Below, piece by piece: positions 1 through 12,724 of a stretch of DNA of 64,000 bases. Both the position numbers and the translations under genes were made by a program. Source of the DNA: Aplysia californica (taxonomy: Eukaryota). Each line of letters starts with the position of its first letter. Positions within the stretch are counted from its first letter, which is position 1. The stretch lies in NCBI RefSeq assembly GCF_000002075.1, contig NW_004797536.1:909178-973177 (forward strand), given 5' to 3'. The notes below the pieces were generated by a model that did not search any database, was not told where the DNA came from, and saw only the letters and a program-made list of their open reading frames with translations.

Positions 1-375
1 GTCAGACAAGGAGGACCGAGTGCTATGGTAAAACAAACACACGGGTCGAAAAAACTCGGAGAACGAGCAACGCTTCTGTTACAAGTTCATGTTGACGTCC
101 ATTGTGACTTTGTTACAGACTGGGTAAACAGTGACCACTCATCTCACTTACGATTTGTGTATGAGTTCTGGGCGGGGCTTATAGGTTATGAGGGATCACA
201 AGCTTACCTCACCAGCAGCTGAAAATTTGTTTGGCAACAGTGGGAGGGGCCTACGCAACATAATCGGTTGGAGGGACTACCTAACAATAACAACAGGTGA
301 TTTGATTATGACGGCTCGCCCACAACGCCAGGGGGGAAATGCATGATTTATGACTAAACGAAATGGTGTCACTGA

Positions 376-565
376 GGTGGCGGTCTAAGACAGGTGCTGT
401 TTTGTGTGATAGGGGTTGTGTGTTAAAATATGGTGGCTGCGGCCGCGTTGGACAGGTGCCCGTTTTACACAGTTAAATTATATAGACAAATGCAAGGGGG
501 GAAACGGAAAGAGGCCCTTTGTACAAGCGGCAGTCTTATAGAGGTGGCCGTCAGGGCAGATAAAT
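376..565. mobile_element. Decayed terminal region of a Tigger/pogo-like non-autonomous element
   Basis: Repeated GAGGTGGC(G/C)G...ACAGGTG subterminal motifs ending GAGGTGGCCGTCAGGGCAG, a pattern typical of Tigger-type MITE ends; the terminus itself is eroded. Confidence 0.4.
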
Positions 566-900
566 ATATATAAAATATATTATAATGTTTATGTCTAAGA
601 TTCAACACAATCACATGCACTTTTATCAACTAAGAGAGACCCAGATGACCTCCTGTATTCATTAAATGAATAAAACAGTTAATAGAGTAGAGACACATTA
701 AATTTTACACTATTTATATGACAAAAAAGGGAAATCATTCAACAAAGCTGCAGGGTCACTCACTGTCTAATTTTAAAAAATTAAAAATACATTTTCGCTC
801 ACCCCCCTGATCTTATAAAAAAGATGATGTTTTGCAGTGGAGATGACTAGTGAGAGATATTTCACTCGTCAGCTGGCCCCTCTTCGCATCATGTTATTTA

Positions 901-1511
901 CAGTGGAAACCATATATAACAGGCCCGGTAATAACAGGGATCCGGTTATAACAGGGATTTTTAAAATCCCCGATTTTTCCTACTCTTTGTCTCTATTAAA
1001 AGTTATCGGCAATAACAGGGCCCCATCGGAGCCCAACCATTTATAGCAGGGACAAAGGCTCGTTAACAATGTGTAAAAAGTAAGAGAGGGAGAGAGAGAG
1101 AGAGAGTAACACAGAGATGGAGCAAGCCCCCATGCAAGCCATGCCACTGCAAGCACACGCAGCATGTGAAGCAAGAGAGGGCTGCGGTGTGCTGCAGACC
1201 TCGATCTAGCCCGAAACCTAGGAACACACACTCGTAATGTGTCACCAACAACGTCAAGCGCAAGAGAAAATGCCTTTCAATTGACCAAAAAAACCCAAAA
1301 AAACACGAAATAATCCAGGCTGTTGACAAAAGCAAGCTCCACTGGCAGAGATTAGTCGTCAGTTCGACATTCCACAAGGGTCGATTTACACCATTATCAT
1401 GGATAGAGAGAAGATAGTGGCAGCATACTCCAATGGAAAGTTTGCTCTGAATCGAAAGAAGATGAGATTACCCTATGCAGATGCTGTGGACCAAGCTCTT
1501 CTGATGTGGTT
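901..1511 (+). mobile_element. Tigger/pogo (CENP-B-type) transposon 5' end with frameshifted transposase N-terminus, truncated by the assembly gap
   Basis: TA|CAGTGGAAACC terminus at 899-911. From ~1255: KRKRKCLSIDQK..EIIQAVDK..AEISRQFDIPQGSIYTIIMDREKIVAAYSNGKFALNRKKMRLPYADAVDQALLMW, matching the CENP-B_N helix-turn-helix and start of HTH_Tnp_Tc5; frameshifts in A-runs. Confidence 0.85.
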
Positions 1512-2153
1512 NNNNNNNNNNNNNNNNNNNNNNNNNNNNNNNNNNNNNNNNNNNNNNNNNNNNNNNNNNNNNNNNNNNNNNNNNNNNNNNNNNNNNNNNN
1601 NNNNNNNNNNNNNNNNNNNNNNNNNNNNNNNNNNNNNNNNNNNNNNNNNNNNNNNNNNNNNNNNNNNNNNNNNNNNNNNNNNNNNNNNNNNNNNNNNNNN
1701 NNNNNNNNNNNNNNNNNNNNNNNNNNNNNNNNNNNNNNNNNNNNNNNNNNNNNNNNNNNNNNNNNNNNNNNNNNNNNNNNNNNNNNNNNNNNNNNNNNNN
1801 NNNNNNNNNNNNNNNNNNNNNNNNNNNNNNNNNNNNNNNNNNNNNNNNNNNNNNNNNNNNNNNNNNNNNNNNNNNNNNNNNNNNNNNNNNNNNNNNNNNN
1901 NNNNNNNNNNNNNNNNNNNNNNNNNNNNNNNNNNNNNNNNNNNNNNNNNNNNNNNNNNNNNNNNNNNNNNNNNNNNNNNNNNNNNNNNNNNNNNNNNNNN
2001 NNNNNNNNNNNNNNNNNNNNNNNNNNNNNNNNNNNNNNNNNNNNNNNNNNNNNNNNNNNNNNNNNNNNNNNNNNNNNNNNNNNNNNNNNNNNNNNNNNNN
2101 NNNNNNNNNNNNNNNNNNNNNNNNNNNNNNNNNNNNNNNNNNNNNNNNNNNNN
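1512..2153. other. Assembly gap (642 N)
   Basis: Run of N. Confidence 1.
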
Positions 2154-2154
2154 C

Positions 2155-2342
2155 GGGGCGGCGCCATTGACTGAAGTGTCTTTAAGCCATTTCCAAAGGG
2201 GGGACTTTGTGCTGTTGAAGCTAGAGAGGTGAGCAGAGTAAGTCTGATTCCCTGTAAGGACTTCTCTGTTGACATCCACCCCTTGGCGCTCATATCATGA
2301 CCTTATATGCAGTTGCAAGCGCCCTAAAACCTCTACTAAAAC
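2155..2342 (+). mobile_element. Short non-tRNA retroposon, family B (internally deleted copy)
   Basis: Same 5' end (GGGGCGGCGCCATTGAC) and 3' tail (ATGACCTTAT..GCAGTTGCAAGCGCC..TAAAACCTCTACTAAAAC) as copies at 18078 and 41417. Confidence 0.75.
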
Positions 2343-3909
2343 GAAAGGAAACATGCAGTATGGTATGTTTTTAATTTTTATGTAAAATCTTGACTAGAAT
2401 TACTAGAATGTTTCAGACTCCATCTTTCATGTGTGGTTGTGGGTATGACGTGATGGTAAAGAAAGAGAAATGGTGTTAAAAACCCATTTGAAGACAAACC
2501 CCCATGCTTAATTTACTATGAAAACAATACGGTGATTCATCGGTTGTGAGGAACAGACTATTAGTTGTATGGCATGAAACTTTCACCCAATGACTGACCC
2601 CAATCTCGCCTGAATTGAGGAGTGATGCGGCTCTACTTTTTTGTCTCCGTATGCAGTTAGGTTTGATATCTCTCGCTCGTCCCGCATCAAACTTATAATA
2701 GTTGTAGATCTAGAACCAAAGGGGGATGGGAACTACTGAAAAAGCACCTCTCATCCTCCAGGCTAGGTAGGCCTACCCTCTATGTGTAACTTTTTATTCA
2801 TCATACCATTGCTTACATATGTCTGATCTTGAGTGTCACTTTACGACTCGGTCACATTATTGACAGTGAAATAATAAGATGAAATTTGGTGAGTTTCTGT
2901 GAGTATCCCGAGAGTTTTGGCTTTAGACTTTAGAGCTACCATAGTTAGCCTTGCCTCAGGGGCGGCTCGTCGGGCTAAAATGTGGACGTGCACAATTAAG
3001 CTATCGCAAGCTGAAAATAGTCAAGGGCATAGTAAACGAGACGGTGTATAAATTTAAGTTTGGGTTCGTGAGGGAGGACCTGTGCTTTTATTTTCATTCT
3101 TTTTACTTGTTGCTTTAATTTCTATTAAATTTTTTTGTTAGCTAAACATCAATGTCGTTCATGCTGTATTGGTACTGAACACTCAAGTAATAACTTTCAC
3201 AACTCCACTACAAACCATTCAAAGGCACAACTCATAGGATGGTCACGTTCACCCCCCTCAGGTTCGCGGTCACAGAGTCACTTAAAATAGCGGCAAGACA
3301 GACAATGAACCAATCACAATTTACTTGAGCACTCTGCTGGAGTGCTTCATGGCTCACATAATATTGGCAAAGAATAGCATACGGTCTATGGTGTTTATTT
3401 TTAGACTGCCTACTGCGGGCTATGTTTCGGCACTGTTCGGCAGGAGCATATTTGAGATGTGCCGTCTTATTAATATAATTAATGTACCCCTAAACTCGCA
3501 ACGAGTGTCGTCATCGCTTGGGCTATCCCCAAAAGTGATTTATAGGTCAGATTACACTGTTGAATATCCTATTATGTATAGCTAAAAAAGCGCGTGGACT
3601 TAGGCATGGCATAGTAGATGTTTTACAGCGCTATAGACACAGAAATGACAGTTATGGTGCCAGTGACGACTTTGTTTTGATATAATATTTGGCTAGTGTT
3701 TGTTTCTGGCTTCTTTTATTTTATTATTGGGGGTGTTTTACGTAATAGAATATTAAAACATTTTGGGCCGCACTGCACGACCGTGCTCTATGGACAAACC
3801 GCACCTGCCTAGCCTAAATTAAGGCCTAAATTTAGAACCAGTAAAAGTAGTAAAACTTTTTAATTAAGTCTAAAAAGGAATAAAAGCATGTCAGGTTGAT
3901 TACGCCTCA

Positions 3910-4233
3910 GATAATAATAATAATAAATAGCATTTGTATAGCGCATGATATCCCCGCTCAACAGCAGGCTCTATGGGCTTTACACTATATTATTACCCCA
4001 GTAGACCATAGAACACTCCGAAACATTCTCAGCTTCCCGGGAAGCATACAGTGCAAGAAGCTGATTAAGCGCTCAAACACTAACAAACTGACAAGATCAT
4101 TCGCTGTCTATAGCCGGGTACCCATGCCCATCTGGGTGAAGTGAGGAAAATTCGTGTAAAGTGCCTTTCCCAAGGACACAACGTCGGGTCCCTGACGCGA
4201 TTCGAACCCACGACCTTACGGTTGCGAGTCCGA
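3910..4233 (-). mobile_element. tRNA-derived CORE-type SINE with L2-like (TTA)n tail
   Basis: Reverse-complement match to 22496-22849; B-box GGTTCGAATC; core GTTGTGTCCTTGGGAAAGGCACTTTAC...CACCCAG; tail ATACAAATGCTATTTATTATT. Confidence 0.85.
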
Positions 4234-4286
4234 GATATGTAGATCTTTCTTCATGACTCATGACTGACTGTCACTGGCTGACACAA

Positions 4287-4726
4287 GCGGATAATTTAGA
4301 GAACGCCAAATGTACATCATTGGCCGATATTTAAAGTAACAGCCATCTTGTTTGACATCCTTGAGGGATTTCCATATTGTTGTCAGTCATGGTGGCAACA
4401 CGACCGCACGACGGCAGCCGAACCGAACAGTGTCAGTAGGCCTACTCTTAGTCTTCTTCTCCTCAATTTACGTAGTGTACAGCATCAGAATTAATCTGGG
4501 TGGAAGAAGGGTGCTGCACAATCACAGACAACCGAACCAAACAGTTACTGCAAGTTGAAAAGAAAATACTGTATCTAATTATATGCGAGTCGGCGTCGTG
4601 TAATTGTGTTGCCACCATGACTGACAACAAAGTGGGAATACCTCAATCAACTAAATGACGTCAAACAAGATGGCTGTTACTATATATCAGTATAATCAGC
4701 CAATGATGTACATCTGACGTTCTCTA
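4287..4726. mobile_element. Fold-back MITE with ~115-bp imperfect terminal inverted repeats (TAG...CTA ends)
   Basis: TAGAGAACG..AATGTACATCATTGG..GTAACAGCCATCTTGTTTGAC..GTCAGTCATGGTGGCAACAC is mirrored at 4606-4726; the same end recurs at 12931-12990. Confidence 0.8.
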
Positions 4727-4735
4727 AATAGGCCT

Positions 4736-5275
4736 AGAGTAGGTTGGGGCAAATTCGACCATGGGTCAACTTTGACAGCCTCAACCTAGACTTGGCTTTT
4801 GAGAATCATTTGATTCGTTGCACATTTGATTATATCTAAAAATAAAATTTGGGCTCCCTTGGCTTCCACTTGTTTCTACTTTTTTTAAAGTTAGAAATCT
4901 CCAGAAAACACCCATCCAATGTCAGCGCTCCGTTGGCGTGTACTTTTCGCTCTTGAAGAAAAAAATAGGTACCTCACCCATCATTTACTTTCTTTTATAC
5001 ATGCTGGTTTTCTTGGTTCAAAATATTCATCAGTTACATGTATAACGAAACTTTGGTATCCTTACGTTCATCTAGAATTAGAAATGTTGATTATAAAATG
5101 AATTTACATGATTTATTTAAAATGCTGGGGTGAGATTTTGGTGGGCGGTTGGTGCAAATTCGACATGGCGAAATGGGGCAACTTTAACAGGGGGTGGGCC
5201 AATTCATTTAAAGCAGAATCACCTTTAACAAACTATCACATTTCAGTTTAATCTTGTTTGTTTTATGATTCTCTA
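4736..5275 (+). mobile_element. DNA-transposon fragment; homologous copy at ~13110-13689
   Basis: AGGTTGGGGCAAATTCGACC end motif, inverted at ~13666-13688 (GGTCGAATTTGCACCAACCTCT); 4845-5270 aligns by eye with 13110-13410. Confidence 0.6.
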
Positions 5276-5573
5276 GTAATGGACACCGAGCGCATTTGTT
5301 CTGCCGATTTTCGGCCTCCGTCGCGGGGGTGTTTCGTGGGACGAACTAACGCAATGGTTGTTGTCTTCAACTTGCTCTCACGCCCCTCCTCGTGAATGGA
5401 TGTGAATGAAACTTGGCAGCCTATCAGATAAGAGGTCAATCTCGTAGTATGCAGATTGACAAGTTTGTACCCATCCAAGAAGGAGTCGAAAACGTTTGCG
5501 AAAGTGGTTGATGTGGTTACTTGCTAATTCTCTTTTTTATACATTACTTGCTCAGTGCCTCTAGGTAATTATG

Positions 5574-6790
5574 ACATGATTAAACGTAGAAGGACGCAAA
5601 CCATTTTTAGGTAAGGCACCCATCTTGTTTGACGTCAGACCAGGATACCCCTCCGATCACGTGACTACATCTATAGCCTACCGCATGGGACCAAAGATGA
5701 AAGTGTCTATGTATATTAAAACTCTTGTCCTGCATCTGTGCTGAGATGCGAATCTTATCAGCAACCGATTACGTCGGACGTGCCGGGCAGGCCGCCAGGG
5801 TCATTCAGTGTGTACTGTTGGTGTACAGCGCGTGCCGGGAAACGTGTGTTTTCGCCGTGAATACCATGGGAGTGTGTTAATCGATGATGAAACTAACGCT
5901 CTATCTTTCATAGCTTTCTATATTATAAAGGGTTACAAACACATGAATAACCCCCTCTCACAAGCTGATAAGACATTAAGAGTAGTTACGCCCATTCTAA
6001 TAACCTTTCTAGACACTCTTTTGTTATGAATGACCTGAGGTTCGAAACGGGAGAATATACGTCAATTTCCAAACATTTTGCACTCAAATTGTTCTTTGTA
6101 CCTGCATAAAATGGTATTCAAAACTATCAAACAAGTTTCTTTTTCATCAGGTAGTACAGTATCATTTCATACAAAATCAAGCTCATTTGACAGATTTTGT
6201 ATAGAAAAATGGAAGTCTTGTTTCCTGACTATCCTTTCAAGTTCCTCATGTCTAAGTGGGTCAATTTCTTCTATAATTTCTTTGGACTAACATCTAGAGA
6301 GCAGCTACCAACTCGGCGTGTTTTGAACGAGACGCATGCCTCGATTACGAACCAACGCAGGCGGTTCTAGAAGAAGGCCACAAACGCACACAAATTCAAG
6401 CAGACTGACGCACACACACTTGACCTGCGTGAATGGGGATCCGACTCGGGACCCGAATTTCATGTAAGATGATGTGCGGTGCATGTGCCAGGGACTACAC
6501 TGACGGGACGAAGGTGAGGTGCCGAAATAGGCTTATCGGGCGACACAAACCCGGCCCCCGTAGGACGAGGGTTAAGCTTAATCTACCTAGATCGCTGTCG
6601 GAAGTTCTGCTAGCCGAATAGACAGCGCGTCTGTGTTTGAAGTCATGCAATGATTTTATGAGCGGTTCGATCCCGGTACCGGACAGTTTTATTTTTTCTC
6701 TTCTCCTCCTCCCCACCGACCAACAGTTTGTCCCATAAATTATAATTTGATGCTTTGTAGTTTTTTGTTTTTTTAAATGTAGATTAATAG
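5574..6790 (-). mobile_element. Non-autonomous DNA element with CAC...GTG termini (EnSpm/CMC-like), interrupted by a piggyBac insertion
   Basis: 5574-5715 and 6576-6790 are the reverse complement of the elements at 36399-37132 and 37293-38140; another right end at 7692-7842. Confidence 0.7.
5720..6571 (-). mobile_element. Internally deleted piggyBac-like element with transposase relic
   Basis: TTAA at 5716-5719 and 6572-6575; minus-strand end reads TTAA|CCCTCGTCCTAC. Removing it restores the empty host sequence seen near 37975-38010. Decayed minus-strand frame 6286-5986 ends YSPVSNLRSFITKECLERLLEW, resembling the start of the piggyBac DDE domain. Confidence 0.7.
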
Positions 6791-6809
6791 ATCTACTCTA
6801 GTTAAGAAA

Positions 6810-8422
6810 ATGGCAATCCTCACCCGGGGTGAGAATAAAAATACTATCGACCTCTCACCCCGGGTGAGACTTGCCACCGTTGGCTATTCTCACCCGGTGT
6901 GAAACAAAACCTGTTTTTCCTAATTTCGGAATACTTTCTATCGGTGTGGATGATCAAATGGATAAAAGCAAAGAAAAAATTACGTTATAGCACAAAAGTA
7001 AGCAAATTTGATCGTCTACAAGGATGCTATGGCTTTTTCACTTTTCGAATCGAGCCGAACTACGCGGGTCGCCATTTTGTTTTGCCCGGAAGTTCTCGCA
7101 AGGTCTACTCCTCCCCTCTTCTCTCTCTCTGTCTCTTTCTGAATACTGTCTATCGGTGTGGACGATCAAATTGACCAAAACAAAGTTTTAAAATTATGTT
7201 AAAACCCAAAAGATAATTTAAGTAAATTAATTCATGGTCGTCTATAAAGATGCTACGGCTATTTAACTTTTCGAATCCAGCCTAACTACTCGGGTCGCCA
7301 TTTTGTTTTGCCGGGAAGTTCTCGCGCTACTCCTCTCTCTCTCTTTTTCTCTCTCTCCACTGCCCACAGACAAAATTGTACGCTTTTAGGCTAACAGTAG
7401 TAATGAAGTAATGGAACGTTTGTTCACGGCACATAATTCTACAATTTTTCTGTTAAGCCGTCATTATTCGGACTCGAGTCCGAATAATATTTTTTCATGG
7501 ACTCGAGTCCGAATAAAAAAAGTTCATATTCGGACTCGAGTCCGAGAATATGAAAAAATGTTATTCGGACACGGGTCCGGAAAAAAGGAAGCATCTTCGT
7601 TCTATAGATCTAACGTTCAGTGCGTCCAATTTTCCGCCTTTTTTTAGTTTCCCCCCACACCATATCTGCCGATCCGACACCCATAATATAGGCCTACATA
7701 GACACTTCCATCTTTGGTGCCATGCGGTTGTCTATACTTAGATGTAGTCACGTGATCGGAGGGGTATCCTGGTCTGACGTCAAACAAGACGGGCGCCTTA
7801 CCTAAAAATAGTTTGCATCATTTCTACTTCTAATCGCATGTGGTGGGAACTACCGAAAAAGCACCCTATTCTCACCCGGAGGTGGCCCTCTAGCTCTAGC
7901 CCTCTAGATTAGTAATGTAATGGCTTTTACGAAAGTGGCTATTCTCACCCGCCCGGAAGTTCTCGCAAGATCAACTCCTCCCCTCTTCTCTCTCTCTCTG
8001 TCTCTTTCTGAATACTGTCTATCGGTGTGGACGATCAAATTGACCAAAACAAAGTTAAAAAATGATGTTAAAACACAAAAGTAAATTAATTTGGTTGTCT
8101 ACAAAGATGCTACGGCTATTTAACTTTTCGAATCGAGCCGAACTACACGGGTCGCCATTTTGTTTTGCCCGGAAATTCTTGCGCTACTCCTCTCTCTCTC
8201 TCTCTCCACTGCCCACAGACAAAATTGTACGCTTTTACTTTCAGTAGGTTACAGTTGTAATGGAACGTTTGTTCACGGCACAGAATTCTACAATTTTTCT
8301 GTTATCACAGTGTAGAATTCTGTGGTTTAGGGTGAACGCAAAATTTGGTGAACGCGCACCGGGTGAGAATAGCCACAAGACTCGCCTGCACTATTCTCAC
8401 TCCGGGTGAGAATAGAGGTGGC
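6810..8422 (+). mobile_element. Two tandem copies (6810-7460, ~7935-8422) of a non-autonomous DNA element with CTATTCTCACCC subterminal repeats; third copy 35789-36291
   Basis: Near-identical blocks CCCGGAAGTTCTCGCAAG..CTGAATACTGTCTATCGGTGTGGACGATCAAATTG..; right end GGGTGAGAATAGAGGTGGCC. GGCC terminus suggests Harbinger, not confirmed. Confidence 0.7.
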
Positions 8423-8487
8423 CTCTAGATCTAGATTCTATATATATAGATCTATCTAGATCTAGAGTAGGCCCGCATCACCGCGCT

Positions 8488-9792
8488 ACTGTTTTGGTGC
8501 GCAACCCCCGGTCTCCTGCTTTGTTTTGGATAAGAACAGCGAAAACGAGGTCATTTTCTGTGAGCATGCGCAGAATGCAGCTTATTTCACTTTCGTTTTG
8601 GAGGTTCCTGTCAACACACGTGATTCTACGGTGTCGGAAAGTTTTGCCCCTTCATATTAATGGTTTTCGTAACCGGTATCGATCAATTTACTAAGCGCTT
8701 GAGTAGTCGATTATTTAGCACATCTAGCTAATCTAGCTCTAATGTATCGTAGGATGTATACTAGAATCGATAAATACTATCGCAGGCTGCTTCTTAATGC
8801 CCCGGAACGTGTTAGATAGGGTTGCGCACTGAAGAGGACCAAATTTGGGCAGTCCGTTTCGTGCGCAATATCGGCTTTTTTGCTATTTGGCATTGATAGT
8901 GTGGCTTCTAGGCCCTTTGTTTGTTTTACTTATTAAGTTATTTCTCTATGACCTGCATTGTGCACTGAAACAGACTGTTTTCCTTCCATTTGGATGCATT
9001 ATATTGCCATTGGAAGATGATAAGTTAATGTATTCATGTCAAAATTAATTAATATGGAAATATAATCTCCAAAATGTTCAATTTCTTCTTTTCATGTCTT
9101 TTTCTTCTTCTTTTTTGCCCTTTTCCTTAAAGAATACTAGTCTAGGTATAGTCTAATTCTTGTTTTCTTCTTTCACTTCCTTGTGTCCACAGCACCTTTC
9201 TTTTTCAATTTCTTCTTTTCACGTCTTTTTCTTCTTCTTTTTTGTCCTTTTCCTTCTAAAATACTAGTCTAGGTATAGTCTTATTCTTGTTTTCTTCTTT
9301 CCCCTTCTTGTGTCCACAGCACCTTTCTTTTTATCCATTATCAAAACACATACACAAGGTGTAAGGAAATCTCCTGTCAGGGGGCGCACAGCTCCCAAAA
9401 AGAACACGCCTAATTGACCTTGGCCTTCCATTATGGTCAGTACAGGAACTTCTTGCAAGGAAAAGAAGACAAAGCAAGGATAGAGAAAGATGAAAAGTGT
9501 CAGAAAAGAGCTAGATCTAGATCTAGAGCTGTAAACATGGTACTATTGCGCACCAAACAAGACGATATGTTGCACCAAACCAGAAACCTTGCGCACCAAA
9601 CCAGACACACGTTACCAAACAAACACCACCACAACATATAGAAATTTTAAACTGCTGTTACAGTAATGCGTAACACCGTATAGAGAGGAAGTTTTTCTAA
9701 CTTCTGGTGAAAAAATCATGAAGATCGACCTGTAACTTCCAGAGATATCCACAAAAGATCGCTTACTGTATTATATCGCACCACAGGATGTA
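8488..9792. mobile_element. Degraded DNA element (possibly pogo-like) containing a ~128-bp internal tandem duplication (9079-9332)
   Basis: TTTGGTGCGCAA / TTGCGCACCAAA motifs in both orientations; charged relic YRNFLQGKEDKARIEKDEKCQKRA resembles pogo C-terminal regions. Confidence 0.4.
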
Positions 9793-10259
9793 CTCTAGAT
9801 CGATCTAGTAGTGATGAAGAATGCAGGGGAGGGGGGTAGATCTAATCTAGATATAGATCTAGATCTAGATCTAGAATCTAGATATTAGTGGTGGTCTGCT
9901 AAAGTTCAAATAGGCCGAGAAAAGGAGATACTCGGGACCACTCACAAGATCAAGAAGTAAAGTCTAGCCTAGGTTACGATATCCCGATGATACGTTGACA
10001 CTGGCTGTGCTAAAAAAAACAATAGCTGCTGACCTGACACACCATCACAACATCCGGAATAATACTCAATCCAAAATATGAAACAAAACCTTGACGAAAA
10101 TCAACCGCTCTCTGTAACGGAACAAAACTTACAATTACGTTGATCTTTTGAGTCTTATACTTTATATATAGTTCTAAATAGTACAATTAACATGTCCCTT
10201 CCAATGTTGACATTAACAGCTTCATAAATGGACAGGAACTTGATTTGACACAAAACAAA

Positions 10260-10460
10260 AGACCCTAAAGTTCGATCTTTGACAAAACTTTGCCTTAGCC
10301 TATGTTGTCTTCGCAATGGAACCCCTTCACAATATTCAGTTACTTCCGGCGGAACGAAAGATTGGGTTAGCTGGCCTTCAACAATAATGAGTTCATCGAA
10401 ACCTCACCTAGGCCTACTGACATAGAGGCAAAGTTTTGTCAAAGATCGAACTTTAGGATC
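10260..10460. repeat. Small inverted-repeat element (~36-bp arms)
   Basis: CCTAAAGTTCGATCTTTGACAAAACTTTGCCT ... AGGCAAAGTTTTGTCAAAGATCGAACTTTAGG. Confidence 0.8.
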
Positions 10461-10589
10461 TTTGGGTCTTTGGTTTTGTTTTGAATCAAGTCAGGCTGAG
10501 GGTGATTATGATTTCAGTTTGATTCACATCAACGCTCACACTATTTGCAGCCTGTTTATTTTTTGGCAGGCGCTAGAAGCTAATCAGTC

Positions 10590-10742
10590 TAATCTAGATC
10601 TAGATCTATTCTAGATCTAGATCTAGAATATAGAATCTAGATCTAGAATCTATATCTAGATATAGATCTAGATTCTAGATCTAGATTAGATGTCTAGATG
10701 TAGATCTAGATCTAGATATAGATATAGATTTAGATCTAGATC
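10590..10742. repeat. (TCTAGA/AGATCT)n palindromic low-complexity tract; similar tracts at 8424-8466, 9837-9885, 34583-34640
   Basis: Directly visible. Confidence 0.9.
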
Positions 10743-10829
10743 TCGAGTCTATTACTAATAATTACTCAACTGCACTGCTGTAATCCCAAGAATAGTTCAA
10801 TAGTTCATGGAAAAGTACATTCATTCATC

Positions 10830-11437
10830 AGGGAAGGACTTCGGAAATGATAACATCTGATGCCAAATGTTCCCCAGAAATAAATGGAGAATTACAATGT
10901 CTAAGGCTAGATCTAGACTAGATCTAGTTTCAATAAAATGAGCCCAATCCTGAAAAATAGAAACATCTCAATGAACACCGAAATGAAAATTCTGAAATGC
11001 TATGTTCGGTCAACCCTTTTATATCGCTGTGAATAATGGACAATCACTAAAGACAGTGAAAATAAAATAGAAGAAATGTGGTTTCTTAGGAGACTGCTAA
11101 GAGTATCGTGGAAGGAAAAGAAATCAAATGAGGTAGTGCTTGATGAATCCCATGTGGGTCGCTCAATGTTAAAAACAATCAGGAAACGACAAAAATGCAG
11201 TTTTTGGGACACATAAATAGACATATTAGGGTCTTGAACACCTGGCTCTCACTAGCAAAATTGAAGGCAAGCGAGGCAGGGGAAGGCCCAGAACAACATT
11301 CTTGGGTAACCTAGACAAATGGGTAACGGGGAAGGATCGGGAAACGTTGCTTTTTTTTAGAGCATCCGAGCAAAGGAATGAATGGAGAACCATGATCGCC
11401 GATGTCTGTCGTAGATCTGGCACTGGATGAATGAATA
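10830..11437 (+). mobile_element. RTE-clade LINE 3' fragment
   Basis: FNKMSPILKNRNISMNTEMKILKCYVRSTLLYRCE*WTITK..EMWFLRRLLRVSWKEKKSNEVVL..KIEGKRGRGRPRTTFL..RNEWR, followed by an (ATGA)n tail. Confidence 0.9.
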
Positions 11438-11825
11438 GAATAGATCTATATCATCTAGTTTGTAGATCTACAGCTGAAAGTTACAGAGATTATACTTTTT
11501 GGTTGTTTGTTTTTTCTGACTGATGTGTAGTTTTCTTTCCAAATACACAACACATAATTACTGACTGATATTCTATTTTCAATTGTTCTGTACTTAAAAC
11601 ATGAACATTTTTGTTGAAAAAGTGCAAAACATGTCGCGAATGGTGTTACGGTAACTTGCATAATTTTGCAATTTTTTAGCCTAATTTGGCCATCTAAATT
11701 TGCTTATAATCCTGCAGGGACAGACATGGGGGGTGGGGGAATTTCAATTACGCGATGGGCATTGGATCGGCAGATAGGGTCTGGTGAAAATGTTAAAATG
11801 ACGGAGAATTGGAAGCACCGAACGT

Positions 11826-12724
11826 TAGAGAGCGTAGACAGGTATAGGGTAGTACTGTGTGATTTTGAAGAAACAAAAAATCATCGAAGCTTCGAAGGGT
11901 GAGCTGACTATTCATGACATTCGAATACCTCCGTCGAATGGTTTTTTTCTTATATATTATGATAAGCATAAACCCAGACTTAAGTGCCGCTACTCTAAAT
12001 TCGCTAGCTATACACAGCGCCGTCGAATGCTTTTTTCTTTTAAATGATAAGCCCAGATATAACTTCCGCTATTCACAGCGCCGTTGAATGATTTTTCTAT
12101 ATAAGCTAAGCCCAGATCTAACTTCCGCAATTCGAAGCGCCGTCGAAATGTATTTTCTTACATGTGATAAGTCCAGCCAGATCTGACTTGCGCTGTTCAA
12201 TGCCAGTCACTGAGCGCACGTATATATGTTGTTGTCGCAGACACACTGCAACGTGTTGACATCACGTCACCGTTCATAGCGCTTCGAATTTCAAGTAGGG
12301 TTAGGGGAGCTCATTGCGACAGCTAACTTCATGAAAAAAACATTGGCTGCACTTCAAGAGGCATGTGCCCTTGCTTGAGCCGTCCATAGAGTGACGAGTG
12401 AATATTGAATAGTAAAAGATATTCTCTGAAGGATTGTCTTATAACTCTTGTAGGCTCCTCTTATCACTCTGTCTAGTAACCATGAAATAAAGAGTATTTC
12501 TGTATATTTATCTTAATGATTTTATTAGGTATAAAGTGCTACAATTTTTCTACGTTTGAGTTTGAGAAAAATGAGGCGAAAATTCATTTCTATATCTGCT
12601 TTTTTTTAAAAATCACACGGCATTTGAATGGCTCTACCACGCTTCGTATAGCTGTGAATAGTGCAAAATTCATGAATGTCCAATAGTAAAGTCGAATGGG
12701 CACCGCTCTAGTATACGGTCTCTA
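11826..12724. mobile_element. Non-autonomous DNA element with TAG...CTA termini and 4-bp ACGT target duplication (Academ-like)
   Basis: ACGT|TAGAGAGCGTAGAC ... GTATACGGTCTCTA|ACGT; internal ~52-bp repeats (11930-12200); abuts a related element at 12729-12990. Confidence 0.6.

Noticed and set aside
1397-2293. Long ORFs in the track
   Set aside because: Artefacts of the N gap; only the Tigger relic part is real.
5279-5510. Possible ncRNA or exon between elements
   Set aside because: No recognisable RNA family, splice pair or protein motif.
6500-6545. Hammerhead-like CTGACGG...GAAA
   Set aside because: Core is not CUGANGA, no stem I/III or cleavage triplet found; lies in the piggyBac subterminal region.
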